In this document: in pieces, positions 9,701 through 20,930 of the stretch
Layout of the letters: each line of letters opens with the position of its first letter
Position numbering within the stretch: position 1 is the stretch's first letter
Assembly (NCBI GenBank): GCA_003990765.1
Contig: RBNJ01000246.1
Coordinates: 1 to 35,574 of the forward strand
Reading direction: 5' to 3'
DNA: 35,574 bases
DNA from: Jimgerdemannia flammicorona
Taxonomy: Eukaryota
Made by a program: the position numbers and the translations under genes
The notes under the pieces: model-generated
Databases searched by the model: none
The model's input: the letters and a program-made list of their open reading frames with translations, nothing else
What the model was told of the DNA's origin: nothing

Positions 9701-12700
9701 CGATGATCCTGGGGCGCCAGTCACCGGTAGTTTGATCATGTTTATATATACGACGACTGAGCCAGCTATGCTGCCAAAGCTTGTGTAAAATGTCCTCCAC
9801 AGATGCCGATAATGATATGGTATCATGAGTCAGAGCCCTCATGGCAAGCGTCGATGAAAATGGAACCTCAAACATTCTTAACCGCCTAAGGATTGGCTTG
9901 AGAGTGATATCTAGCTGATCGAAGCTGTACTGGATGCAGAAATCGATTGACTCGCGTCGCATGTCGAATGAGTATGAACTTTTGGCTTCTGGAGGTCTTT
10001 CCTGGATATTTCTGATGAATTGTTCGATAGTCTCCTTGTAATTGTTGAACACACCTCCAAGAAGACGAATAGATAATGGGTGACCATGCACAAGGTGACT
10101 GAGCTTTCTTGCGTCGGCATTGTCGACGTCATTCCTCCGATGAGGTATCCATTGTTGAAAGAGATGCATGCCGTCATGTGGTGTCAGGCCGTCCAACTCC
10201 ACCAACTCTTCGTTAAGCCAGCCCAATGCAGTCCTCGATGTTACAAGAATCTTGACGTTATTTGGCGTTCGTTGGAGGAATTTTATCAAGTCCCTTGCAT
10301 TCAGATCTCCGTTGTCGATCGCCTGCTTGACACCTTCCATGCTGTCGAGAAATAGAATAAACTTTTCGCCTGTCAACGCTCGAAGCACTTCAGACTGTAG
10401 ATCGCGTGATTCTAGGTTCTTGATGTCGATTTTGAGAAATCGTGCTATCTTCCGGATTACTTGACTCGACTTTGACGTTTGAACGAGAGACAGCGCAAGA
10501 ACATTGCAGGATTTGATGTTCCGGACTGCTTGGAGGGCCAACGATGTTTTGCCGATCCCCCCGAATCCATGGATGGTGATATAACGAATGCCATCGTCGT
10601 GGAGTAGCTTTCCCACCCATTCGAGTTCGAATTCTCGACCAACAAAATTTCCATTCATATGAATATCGACGAGGTCTTTGTTGAGAGCTGTTGATAATTA
10701 TAAAGATAACTATGTCAATAGCCATGTAAAATTCGTTGCCCGTGTTCACTATCATACACCGGAAATTTTCCTCACCTAAAAAGGTGTTATCGTTCACAGC
10801 GGCCGCTTCACTTTCCAAGGGATTATCAAATGTACTTAACGTTTCGATGAATCCTGTCAGAGTACGGTGTAAGCATTTTAATTGATGTAGTGATAAATAT
10901 ATATTACATCTCCCGCATGCACTGCACGAAGAATGATATGCGAATTCAACTCACCAGACGGAGCTTCTGTCATTATTATCCTGTGTGTCTTCTCCAGGCT
11001 AGCTCGCAAAGTTTCGAAAGCTCTCTTCACCCGGATGAAATTCATCGCTGCGGGGTGTTCGGCGAACGCGGCGTCGGCATGGTTGAAACACAGAACGAAT
11101 GGCAATTTCTCTTCCTCTACAATCGGTATAATCTGTTTTCTGCAAATCCGAGAGAAGCTTTCGGTGATTTCGGATGCTTTGCATGTGAACACAACCAACC
11201 GACGGAATGGTTCCTGCTGCAACTCGGTAAACTTTGCGCGGCTATAGTTGTTGATGTACCGAATATCGATAATACGAAGACCTGCGTTTTCAATGGAGTA
11301 ATAATGTACGCAAAATGTCCCGTTCTTCACACTACCGGCGCGGCCTTGAATTTTGCGGAGTTGCCAATTCCATAATTGTAGTAAAATAGTTAGGATGAGT
11401 TCACAGCAGAGACCAAATCACATCGCTTCAATCAAATTAAAATACTCACCATGTTTAGATGATTCAACAATACCCATTACGCATGTGTTGTCGTATAAAC
11501 CAGGAAGTTCAGCATTATATTGTTTCACCGCTTCTCTCAGCGCGACGTGAACTGTGTATTCGTCGTTCATTTTGGACAATAATCCGCGATATTCTAAATG
11601 TTGCAGGTCTCGAACAATGTTCTCAATACTGAAATCGGTCCTTTCCGCGGATACACCGGCGTAATTGACGAAGTGGGGAATGAATTCGAGCATCCCTTCT
11701 GTGATTGGTCCGGTGAAAAGACAACACATATATAATACCAGGCGTTGCCTTGTTGAAAGCACGTCGATCGTTGGCCGGAAACATTCCTTGAGGCTTTCAC
11801 TTCTGCAAGTGCTATTCGTGAGCATAGTACCGCAGTGTTCACGAACGATGTCCTCCAGCAGCTTGCCGGAATGTTGTCGTTGGCTGGCTGCGCGGCCAAG
11901 GCGTACCAAACTCAACGGGTGGCCGCTCACGGAGCGGGCAAGGTCTTGCAGTAACTGAGTTTCCTTCTTCATCCTCTCCCTCGCTCGAAGGTCGCCAACG
12001 CTTCCAAGGAACAATTCCATGCTACTAGCAATGTCCGAATCAATGAGACCATTGAGATGCATAGTTATCTCACCCGTCCACCCGAGAGGCTCGCACGACG
12101 TTGCTAGAATTTTGACTGCGCTATTCGATAATGTAATTTCCCGAAGCCATTTTCCCAAAGCCATAGCATCCTTATCTCCCGCTTTTGCGCGCATCAAGGT
12201 ATCGGCATTATCGAGTAGCAATAAGCACGTTGGATAGCCTACGAATTCCTTGCTGATAGCCAGTCCCAAGCGCTCAACGTCGCCGGTGCCACTCGGAATC
12301 TTCAATCGTGACTGAATCTCATCCGGAAATATGACTTCAACCAGGCACCAAAGATATTTAATGACCGACATCCCCGTGCGATCGAATTGCCAGGCGAAGA
12401 CCCCACCGGGAAAGAAATGGGCCATCCGTCGCACCGCCTCCATGGCCAACGCCGTCTTGCCCTGGCCACCGATGCCTTCAATGGTGCACACGGAAGGAGA
12501 TTGTGTTTCGCGATTAGTCATACGTCCCAAAACGGAGTACAATTCGTCAAGCTCATTCTTGCGCCCGAAAAAAATCGACGTGGACGGGATTGACTCGAGG
12601 TTGTGTGGAGGCATGTGTAGTTGGACCGTGGGTTTGCCCTCTTCGCACTTGAAAACGCCGTCAGCTTCCTGAAGCATGGACGAATAGAGCACCATGGCAC

Positions 12701-13694
12701 CAGGGAAATAGTCGCGTTGGCGAACATCATCGCGGTTGTGGAGGAGCACGCGCGCCTTCCACATCGCCATTTCCACCGTTAAGCCGCCAGCAAGGAGTTG
12801 GTAGAACTTGGATTCGAACTTGCGGGCGAGGTCGTCCGGCAGAGAACAGGACGAACCGATAGTGTATGGAACGCCGAGCTCGAACAGGATTCGGGCGACG
12901 TCGCGAGTATCGCAGGCAGACAGAAACGCCAGCTGAACAGTTTTGGACAAGATGGAGAGGTGCGATGTGTCAACGAATTCGTGTTTACCAGTAGCTTTAT
13001 CTTCGAAGATGAGGGCTCTTGCACCGTTCTTCCACCCGCAGTGACCCATGAAGTGAAGCACCGTGGCGGCCTCAGACTTATTCATAAGCAATGCGTCCAT
13101 TCGGTCGAGGGTGGGCGGGAACACGCGCTCCAATACTACTTTTTTGGTGTTGGCATTGTGCCCGTCTATGAAGTTCTGAAACTGACCGCTCAAATGTAAG
13201 TCTGGAAGATACGTGTCGGATTCGTCTGGCGGGATGACGGGGTCTGGTACGACGGCAACAATGCGTAGCGAAAGTTTCGGCAGATGAGGTTCCTTCCGTT
13301 TGTCCACTCGTGCAAACATGCATTGGAGGACCAGATACTCATCCCCAGCCCACGTGTATTCCCAGAGGATGCTTTCGAGGTCGCGGTCATGGTTGAGGTC
13401 GAGCAGGACCCGACCAGGTGGCTGGGACGATATCATTTGCCGCAATCGCTGCCGGGCGGGACGGGATTCATCTGTCGAGAAGAGGGCGCCAAATAACGTC
13501 TTGCCATAGATTCTGAGCCAAGGCAGCGGCCTGTCGGTGAATACCTCGGTGACGAAGGGTAGACCCTTTTGGCATTCGTGAAGGTTGAAGAAATGGCTGT
13601 CAATGAGTTTCGACTGAGCGTCATCATCGGGGGAAACCTTGACGTAGACTCTGAGGTTGTCACCCCCGATTTCCCTTGACAAAGATATTCGCAT
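6714..13694 (-). CDS. NLR-like multidomain protein, ~2228 aa: CHAT protease, NB-ARC, degenerate GTPase-like domain, NB-ARC, Sel1, ankyrin array, TPR remnant, acidic tail. Exons 13694-11450, 11344-10955, 10853-10776, 10687-6714
   Basis: Three phase-1 introns (GTGAGT..AAG, GTGAGT..CAG, GTGAGG..CAG) join the separate ORFs in frame (6687 nt). CHAT motifs LHFMGH (13041-13055) and FLSAC (~12912). Walker A/B GIGGQGKT/LLLLDNAD and GFGGIGKT/ILFLDSME. GHPL occurs twice. Domain calls are more secure than the single-transcript model, and the 3' end may be spliced further. Confidence 0.8.
8028..9252 (-). repeat. Ankyrin repeat array, ~13 units of 34 aa (102 bp)
   Basis: Repeated TPLHxAAxxGHVEVVRLLVAEFGADANAKDNNG with high DNA similarity between units. 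One unit (~8380-8430) has an internal deletion. Confidence 0.95.
9287..9612 (-). repeat. Three Sel1-like repeats
   Basis: AQLILGTCYEQG..GVAKDKEKAFYW...AAEAG and two flanking units. Confidence 0.9.
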
Positions 13695-14029
13695 GCTTGT
13701 TAAGGGGTGTCTGTACGAGTGACGTTCTTAGGTGTGATCACCGCTCAATGACACAATGACACTAATTATGGGAACTCGAATTGTCACATGCGGAATAGAA
13801 TCAGCACCTGATTCTATTGTGGCGTTGGAGTGGAGACCTTATTCATGTCACAATATGCAAATTTGCATAATTTTGTTATATCTAAATCACTTAATAAAAT
13901 TTCTTTTGAAAAAATTAATATTGCTAGAATCCCCCCCCCCCTTTAAATTTTATTTTTCATTCAAATTTAAATACAATACGATCTAAGAGATAGATGTGTA
14001 TGTTATAGCAGAGGTTTAGTGATACAAAA

Positions 14030-14094
14030 AGGAAAGAAGGAAGGAAAGAAGGGAAGGATAGAAGGAAGGAAGGAGGGAAGGAAGGAAAGAAAGG
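14030..14094. repeat. Imperfect (GAAG)n purine microsatellite in the divergent intergenic region
   Basis: ggaaagaaggaaggaaagaagggaagg... lies between two head-to-head start codons (13694 and 14210). Confidence 0.85.
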
Positions 14095-14209
14095 TGTTAG
14101 ATGGTTCAAATTGTTGATGAATAGCAGTCCCAGTCGCCGCAGCTTTCTGTGACTGCTAATGTAAATGTAAATTACCTGTCATATCGGCATACGCACGCTG
14201 CACTACATA

Positions 14210-17200
14210 ATGCGTTTGAAACATTCAATTCTTGACCGTATAAAGTCATCCATAACCACCACATGGGTCGAAGAGCGCGTAGAAGGTACTCCTCCCTACC
14301 CGGTTTGCTTTGAGGCGTCCTTCTCTCGTCGTCATTCATTCCGACTAACCAACGTCTCTCATGACATTCCCTCGCAATAGTCAATCAGAAACATCTTGTT
14401 CACAAGATGTTGGCCAGGTATTCCTCCGAATACTTTGTCTATCGCGAGCTCATGCAGAATGCAGGTGCGTCGCGAAGCCGACAATTTGTTTCTGGACCTC
14501 GTCCCATGATTTGGAGTTCTGAATTCGGTGCTTGATCGGTCACAGACGATGCCTCCTCAAAGACCATCTCCATAAAATTCCTCACGTCCGGTGGCACTCA
14601 CGAGAAGAGCAAGTTCCAAATAATTTTCAAGAACGATGGTCATCCCTTCCGGTTAGAGGACTGGAATCGGCTCAAATCTATTGCTGAAGGCAATCCAGGT
14701 ACCTATTTATCTGTTTTGATTCCCATCGATATAAAGGAATCAACGTGCATGCTGACGCCTTCCTACGCTGAATAGACGAGAAGAAGATTGGCGCCTTTGG
14801 CGTCGGCTTCTACTCCGTTTTCTCCATATGCGATAACCCCATGGTGACATCGGGCGCAAAATGCATGAGCTTTGAATTCAGGGGTGACCAGCTCTTTACC
14901 AAGCGCGCTGATCTACCAATGGCGAACCAGGACCAGTGGACAACCTTCGTGATGGAAATATCAGATCCTGCCAATATGCCGAAATTGGACGACTTTGCAC
15001 GGTTTCTGACGACCTCGTTGGTATGTGTATTGCGCTAATCAGGACTTTCGGATTCCGTTTTTTTTGGGCAGAGAGCTGACGAAAATCTCTCTTTTTTTTT
15101 TTTTTTTATCTCGCTCAGAGCTTTACAGCGAATCTAAGAGAAATCGAAGTCTACGAGAACGACAACATCGTCTTTTCGCTGAAGAAGAGATTGGTTAAAA
15201 CCCGACCGATGAACCTATCGGACGACTTCATCAAAACTTCGCCACAAAACATGTTCACAGTTAACTCCGTGGAAATCAGTGATATTCAGCTGGACGCCGA
15301 GAAAATCCCAACGAGCTCCAACCAGACGAACAACGAAGTCTCTCCTGGGAAGGCGACAACGATTCTGCGTATTGTCAATGGTAATCTCGACGTTCGGGTG
15401 CCGGAGAAAATTGAGCGCGGGATGGAGGCCAGATTAAAGAAGACGCTGCCCAAGCAGACAACATTTTCGCTCATCTTCACCGGCAAGGAAGAATTCGACG
15501 CCTCTGAGAAGCACAACATCATCTTCAAGGACCTCATCGCTTATCCGAATCAAGGGCGGGTCTTCATCGGCTTCCCCATGTCCCAAACGACCGGCTGTGC
15601 CTCTCATATGGCTGCTCGCTTCATACCCACCGTCGAGCGCGATGCCATCGACTTTACAGATCCGTATATTGGTAAATGGAACATGGAGCTCCTGACGATC
15701 GGAGGCCTGTTATGTAGGATTGTGTATGAGGACGAACTCGAGCAAGTCGGGAAGTTGCTCCCTGAGCAGATCGTAAAAAGCGTGGAGGTGCTCGACGACG
15801 ACTCGGAGCAGACCCAACTCAAGAACCGCGTTATTCATGCCATGCTGACCTTCTCCTTCAAGGAGTCGACCCCCTCCCCCATGGTGGGCCAGGTCCAAGA
15901 AACCAACTTTCTGAAGATGGCGCGTCAGGCTCCGTTAGTTATAACCTCCCACGGAATCGTTCGTGGGACTGAAGCTCGGATGCCAGATCCGGAACTTTCA
16001 GAATTTGTCCGGACTATCCCTGTTGTTCCCACGGAGATTGTCGAGCAATGCGGGACCTTTCTGAACAAGTGGGAAGACGTTGGCCCTCTGAAGATGTCAA
16101 TTAAAGACATTTTCGACGAGTTGCGAGCAAGAGTGCTCATGGAGAGCGAGATGGTGTTTTTACTCAGATGGTGGATCAATTACAACGCTTCGAACGCAGT
16201 GACGGAGCATACTCGATCAGACCTGCTGGACCTGGCCATCATCAACGCGACTAAGGTCCCCTTGTCGCAGATCCGGTTTTGGCTCAACCCGAAAATCGTA
16301 CCTCCGAACATGCCCCTTCCGAAAACGGTCTTGCCGTATGAGATCAGTAAGAATTTGAAACCAGAATTTTTTGCGAAAGTATTCCCGTTGGTATTTTTTT
16401 TTTTTTTTTTATTCTATTAATGATTTCTTGTTGCCTTTTGAAGTTCAATGACCGATTATGTACTTTTCTTTATTTTTATTTTTTCTCCCTTCCCCAACTC
16501 GAAGGACTTGGCGAGAGCTCTCACTCCTCGAGTGGTCGCAGTTTATTGTCACAAATCCAGACCTCGAGATCGTATCGGTCTTCGCTGAGAAAGTTCTCGG
16601 AGTTATTTCGCGTGCGCTTCCAACCCTTTCAGCGCAGAACAAAAGAAGTGTCATCGCACTCTTTGCGAAAAAGAAATGCATTCATACCAAGCAGGGAATG
16701 AAGCTCCCTGTCGACGCATACTTCCCAAACGTGAAGGTTTTCGATGACCTACCTATAATTGTGAATCCGAAAATTTTGAGCGAGGAGCTTTTGACCGCGT
16801 TAAAAGTGAAAAAGGTAAATATTTCGTCCGGTTTTACTATCATTCTTGACATCAAACTGCATTATTACAATATTACATTATTCTAATCACGAAGTATCCG
16901 GTTTCGTTTTATACATAGAATGTCGACCTTCAGTTAATTTTCAACCGCTTGGTCGCCAACGGAAGCTGGTCACACATCAAACTAATCAAGTACCTCACCT
17001 CGATAGAAGCACGCCATGATCAGATTGCGCGCTTAAGGGTGACGACAATATTCCCCAAGGAGGGCGAGAAGCAGCAGATCGTAAAGAGTGCGGACGGGAA
17101 GGAGGTCAAGAAAATCATTCGATACAAGGCGACGGACCTCTACGCACCACTCGATGTGCTACGCGAGCTGGGATTACCCGTCCTTGACTATAAGGATGGA

Positions 17201-18582
17201 AAGTGGCACAGTCGATCTCGTGAAGGTGCGTTTCCCGGCTACTTTTGATAGTTGCCTCTTTGCAACACTTTGGTACTCATATGTTTTTTTGTTTCTTATC
17301 GTATAGCAAAGTTCCTAATCGATGTACTTGGACTGCAAAAACACCCGCCACTGGACATCATCTTGAAGATTTCTGCGAACTCGCACGATAAAGTTCTTCA
17401 GGCCAGAGCCCTATCCTACTTCATTGAATACTTCGAGATCTACAAATCCTTTTACGATGCCGCCTCCGTCGACCATCCCTTCCTTCCCTGTGCCGACTGC
17501 AAGACCTTTGCCACCCCGTCGGATTGCTTTTTGAACCCAGTTTGTGAGATTTTGGGATTCAATATCATCCATCAGGATCACGAGATGCATGCTGCAAAGT
17601 TGGGCGTTGCGCATCATCCAAGTGTTGAAGTACTGCTCAACCGCTTCCTCGGCGATATAAAAACAGATTGCGAGAAGGCTGTCAAAATTTTTGAGTATAT
17701 GGCCTCCCGGGTAGGAGGTATGTAGATTTTTCCAAAATGTTGCTCTCACGAGGAATTGTGGTACCGGACACACTCTAATTTTGAGTGTTTATATTGAATT
17801 TGTAGATTTTCAGCCCTGCCACTGGGACACATTACGAGGCAAAAAGTTCATTCCTGTTCCTGATAAGAAGTCTCCCGATGGATTTCGTCTGGTGGATTCT
17901 TCGCAATGCTTTTTCGAGTCCGATGAGCCGAATCCCGACGAGGCCATATTCAAGGAATTGCTGACCTACATCAACTTTGGCTCCGATGCAGCCAGACGTT
18001 TTTTGCGCGCATGCGACGTCGAGACAAAGCCAAGACTCATCGATCTTGCTCAGATGATCACGGACGACCCGGAACGCGCCTATACCGTCTGCGGAGGCGA
18101 CAGATATCTCACCACGCTAAGGAAGATTGCCGAAGAATATGACTCTATCAAGCAGCGTCCTTTGCTGGTTGAGAAGATGAGGGACTCGCCCTTCTTAGTA
18201 GGCGTAAAGAAAGTGAACACTCAGCCGTTGGATGTGGCGGAGGCTGCGGATTCTGTAAACGAAGGGAACGGTGATGACAAGAAGATCGTGCAGTATGTTT
18301 TAGCAAGACCTAAAGATATCTTCATTAACGACGACTCAATTGCGAATCAAGTCTTTGCGCCCATCACCTCACCCATCGAACCGCTATTGGAGAAATTCTA
18401 CAAGGCAATTTTACAAATTTTCTTCTGGGTTCATTTTATTCTTTCTATCTTGTATTTACCATTTCTCAATTGGGCAATGACAGGAATTGGGAAGCTCGCC
18501 GCTGTCGGAGTAGGTTTTGCTTTCTCTTTCTCATGAGTTTCCTTCTCCCTGCAATTTGGTTAATCACAGGTTTAATTTGATA

Positions 18583-18620
<38 letters not shown>

Positions 18621-20227
18621 GAAAATCAAACTGTCCTTCAAATGGCGGGGTCACCCGAAACCATCGCCGAGGTCCAGAACAGTGGAGCAATGCATCAACG
18701 AGCGCGCGCCCATTATTCTATACCAGATCCTAGAAGATAATCCACAGCAGGGACGCAAGTTGCTTCATGACGAAGAGTGGCTAAAGGCAAACTTGAAGGT
18801 ATTGCATTCTTGTATATATTTCATATGATTTTGGGAACTTTCAAGAAGACCTGATCTAAAATCTTTCGGAACAGGTTCAGGAAGTCACCCAGATCGAGAT
18901 CACACGCACTTTTACTTGCACGGGGGACAAGAATACTCAATCCACCTTAGCCTGCCTCGATCAGGCAAAATACACCATCTATATTTCTGAAGACAGCGTC
19001 AAAGACTACTACGACATTTCTACCTGTCTTAGCCGGATCATCTTCAGTCGGTCAAGTTTCAACGACAACCTCATAGTGCAGCAATACTTGACGGCGGATC
19101 TTTCACTTCTCCGCAGCAGGGGCGTTCCAATCGATCGCATCCTCAAGCAAAAGAAAGCGCCAGAGCATGCGACAGGCCCTGTTGAAGTTATCAGCCCTTC
19201 TCCGGAACCTCAAGTCTCGAAAGCGCTGCAACCGACACCAAAGCAGCAGCAGGATCTCACCCCAGCTGTCGACCATCAGAACCTCGATAAATTTCTTGCG
19301 CAGATGCAGAATTTCTTCCCAGGTGTTGACCGTGAGTTACTCGCGCAGGAGACCAGGGAGATCTTCCAGCGAGTAAGCAAGCTGATGAACCAACCTCCCG
19401 GTGGCTTTCTCAACAAGGACAGCAACTCTTTGTATAACGGTAACGCCGATGCCTCGCGAGCTGGCACCAACAACGGGGCGACTCCAAATGGCAGTCTACC
19501 ATCTCATGAGTCCAATTCCAGACCCGCACAGTCGCATCACTTGCAGCTGCCAATGCCTAGCCAGACCTTCTCACCAGAATACTATAAAGATGTTAAGGAA
19601 AATCTTCGCCGCTCTATCGAATTCTGCAAGCCCACCGTTGATGCCAGTGTCTCGTCCACACCCGAGCACACCATTGCTACCGAACCGCAAGCGAGATACT
19701 GCGATGGCAGGGTTATCCGGAGCCTCAAACTTGCTCATGTGGAAGGGATGGAATTTTATGTGCGCCAAGATTCGAACGCCGATGACCTCCACACCTACTC
19801 CAAGCCGCTACAGCAATTCCATGAGGTGCTCAAAGGACTCATGCAAGTGTTTACCATCCCTGCGGCAAATATACATGTCTACTACGAGAATGGGTCCACC
19901 ATCGCTTTCAACCAGGAATGTTCGCTATTCTTCAACCTATACTACTATGTGGAGCTGAACCACGGCGGAGGCGACAAGACAGAAGCTATGATATACTGGT
20001 TCATGACGATCTGCCACGAGCTTGCTCACAACATTGAATGTGAGTACTCGATATGCGCTCCTTTTTTTTTTTTTTTTTTTTTAAAAAAAAAAGATATCAT
20101 CTAACATCTCGGTGATTTTCTCCTGCATTTCCTAGTGAACCACAATTCCGATCACGAGTTCTATATGAGCAGTTTTGCGGAAGGGTATCTTAAGGATTTC
20201 ATTGATCATTTGAAGAAGCAGGGTTGA
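14210..20227 (+). CDS. Sacsin-like GHKL (HATPase_c) ATPase / DUF3684-type protein with C-terminal HEXXH, ~1637 aa. Exons 14210-14285, 14381-14464, 14546-14698, 14776-15020, 15119-16386, 16505-16814, 16919-17225, 17307-17717, 17806-18404, 18484-18509, 18621-18798, 18875-20039, 20136-20227
   Basis: The spliced frame is open (4914 nt). GHKL motifs RELMQNADDA, FKNDGHPF and KIGAFGVGFYSVF. N-terminal VEVNQKHLVHKMLARYS. CUE-like QMQNFFPGVD. C-terminal TICHELAHN...HNSDHEFY. The DUF3684 label is from recall of this fungal family. Confidence 0.85.
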
Positions 20228-20930
20228 GGATAATGCTTAGGCTCTCACTTCTGTGATGGAACCCGAAAATAAAAATACACTCTGCCAACGCTGCGTCACA
20301 TGGATTTTTATATAACTCAAAACTTAATATTTCTCAGATATTGGTTCACAGAATTGATTTGGAATTGAATGTAATAGCCCTGGTAAAATTAAAATTAAAA
20401 TAGAATAAATATCAAATAAATATATTGAATCATTTGAAGGTTGGCAAGCCACAGTGCAAAGACGAGTGGGCACCTATTCTCGCCCATTTTTATGCAGCCC
20501 CCAGTCTATGCACGACCATAGACAGCCCGAGGCTGATCATTAGAAAAGACGTCATTTATGGCCTTACCATGTATGTTTAAATCGTTCCACATAAGTCAAT
20601 AGCGATTGAGCCGAAGTGGGGCTTTCCGAGAACGACTGTGGGCATTCCGCAAAGTTTTGGGCTGGAAATTCGGCGCAGCAAGCGCAGCACAGCTTGTGCG
20701 ATCTTCGTCGGATTAGAGATAAAAGACTTGTCGGTCTCGATCTCGACTCGCCCCCTTCCCCCCTCCGATATAAAAGATCAACTTGCCGCCACCCCGCAAC
20801 AAGGTCGTCGTCATTATCAAGTAAGATACTGCATGCTCCGTGAGTGCATTCTCGTACGAAGTCTATTTCGCGAAGTCTCTTTCCTTCGACTTGTTACCCA
20901 CAACTAACAGTGTCTCGAAATACTTAGATA

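Noticed and set aside
10890..11375. 161-aa plus-strand ORF
   Set aside because: It is the antisense shadow of the minus-strand exon 11344-10955, which has proper splice sites, and it has no recognisable motifs.
6714..13694. Bacterial contig or recent bacterial insertion (CHAT, NB-ARC and Sel1 are common in bacteria)
   Set aside because: Spliceosomal introns and flanking LTR/LINE elements show eukaryotic DNA. Ancient transfer of individual domains cannot be judged here.
19401..19958. 185-aa alternative-frame ORF, echoed at 25874-26347
   Set aside because: It overlaps the main coding frame, and its recurrence is explained by recent duplication rather than selection.
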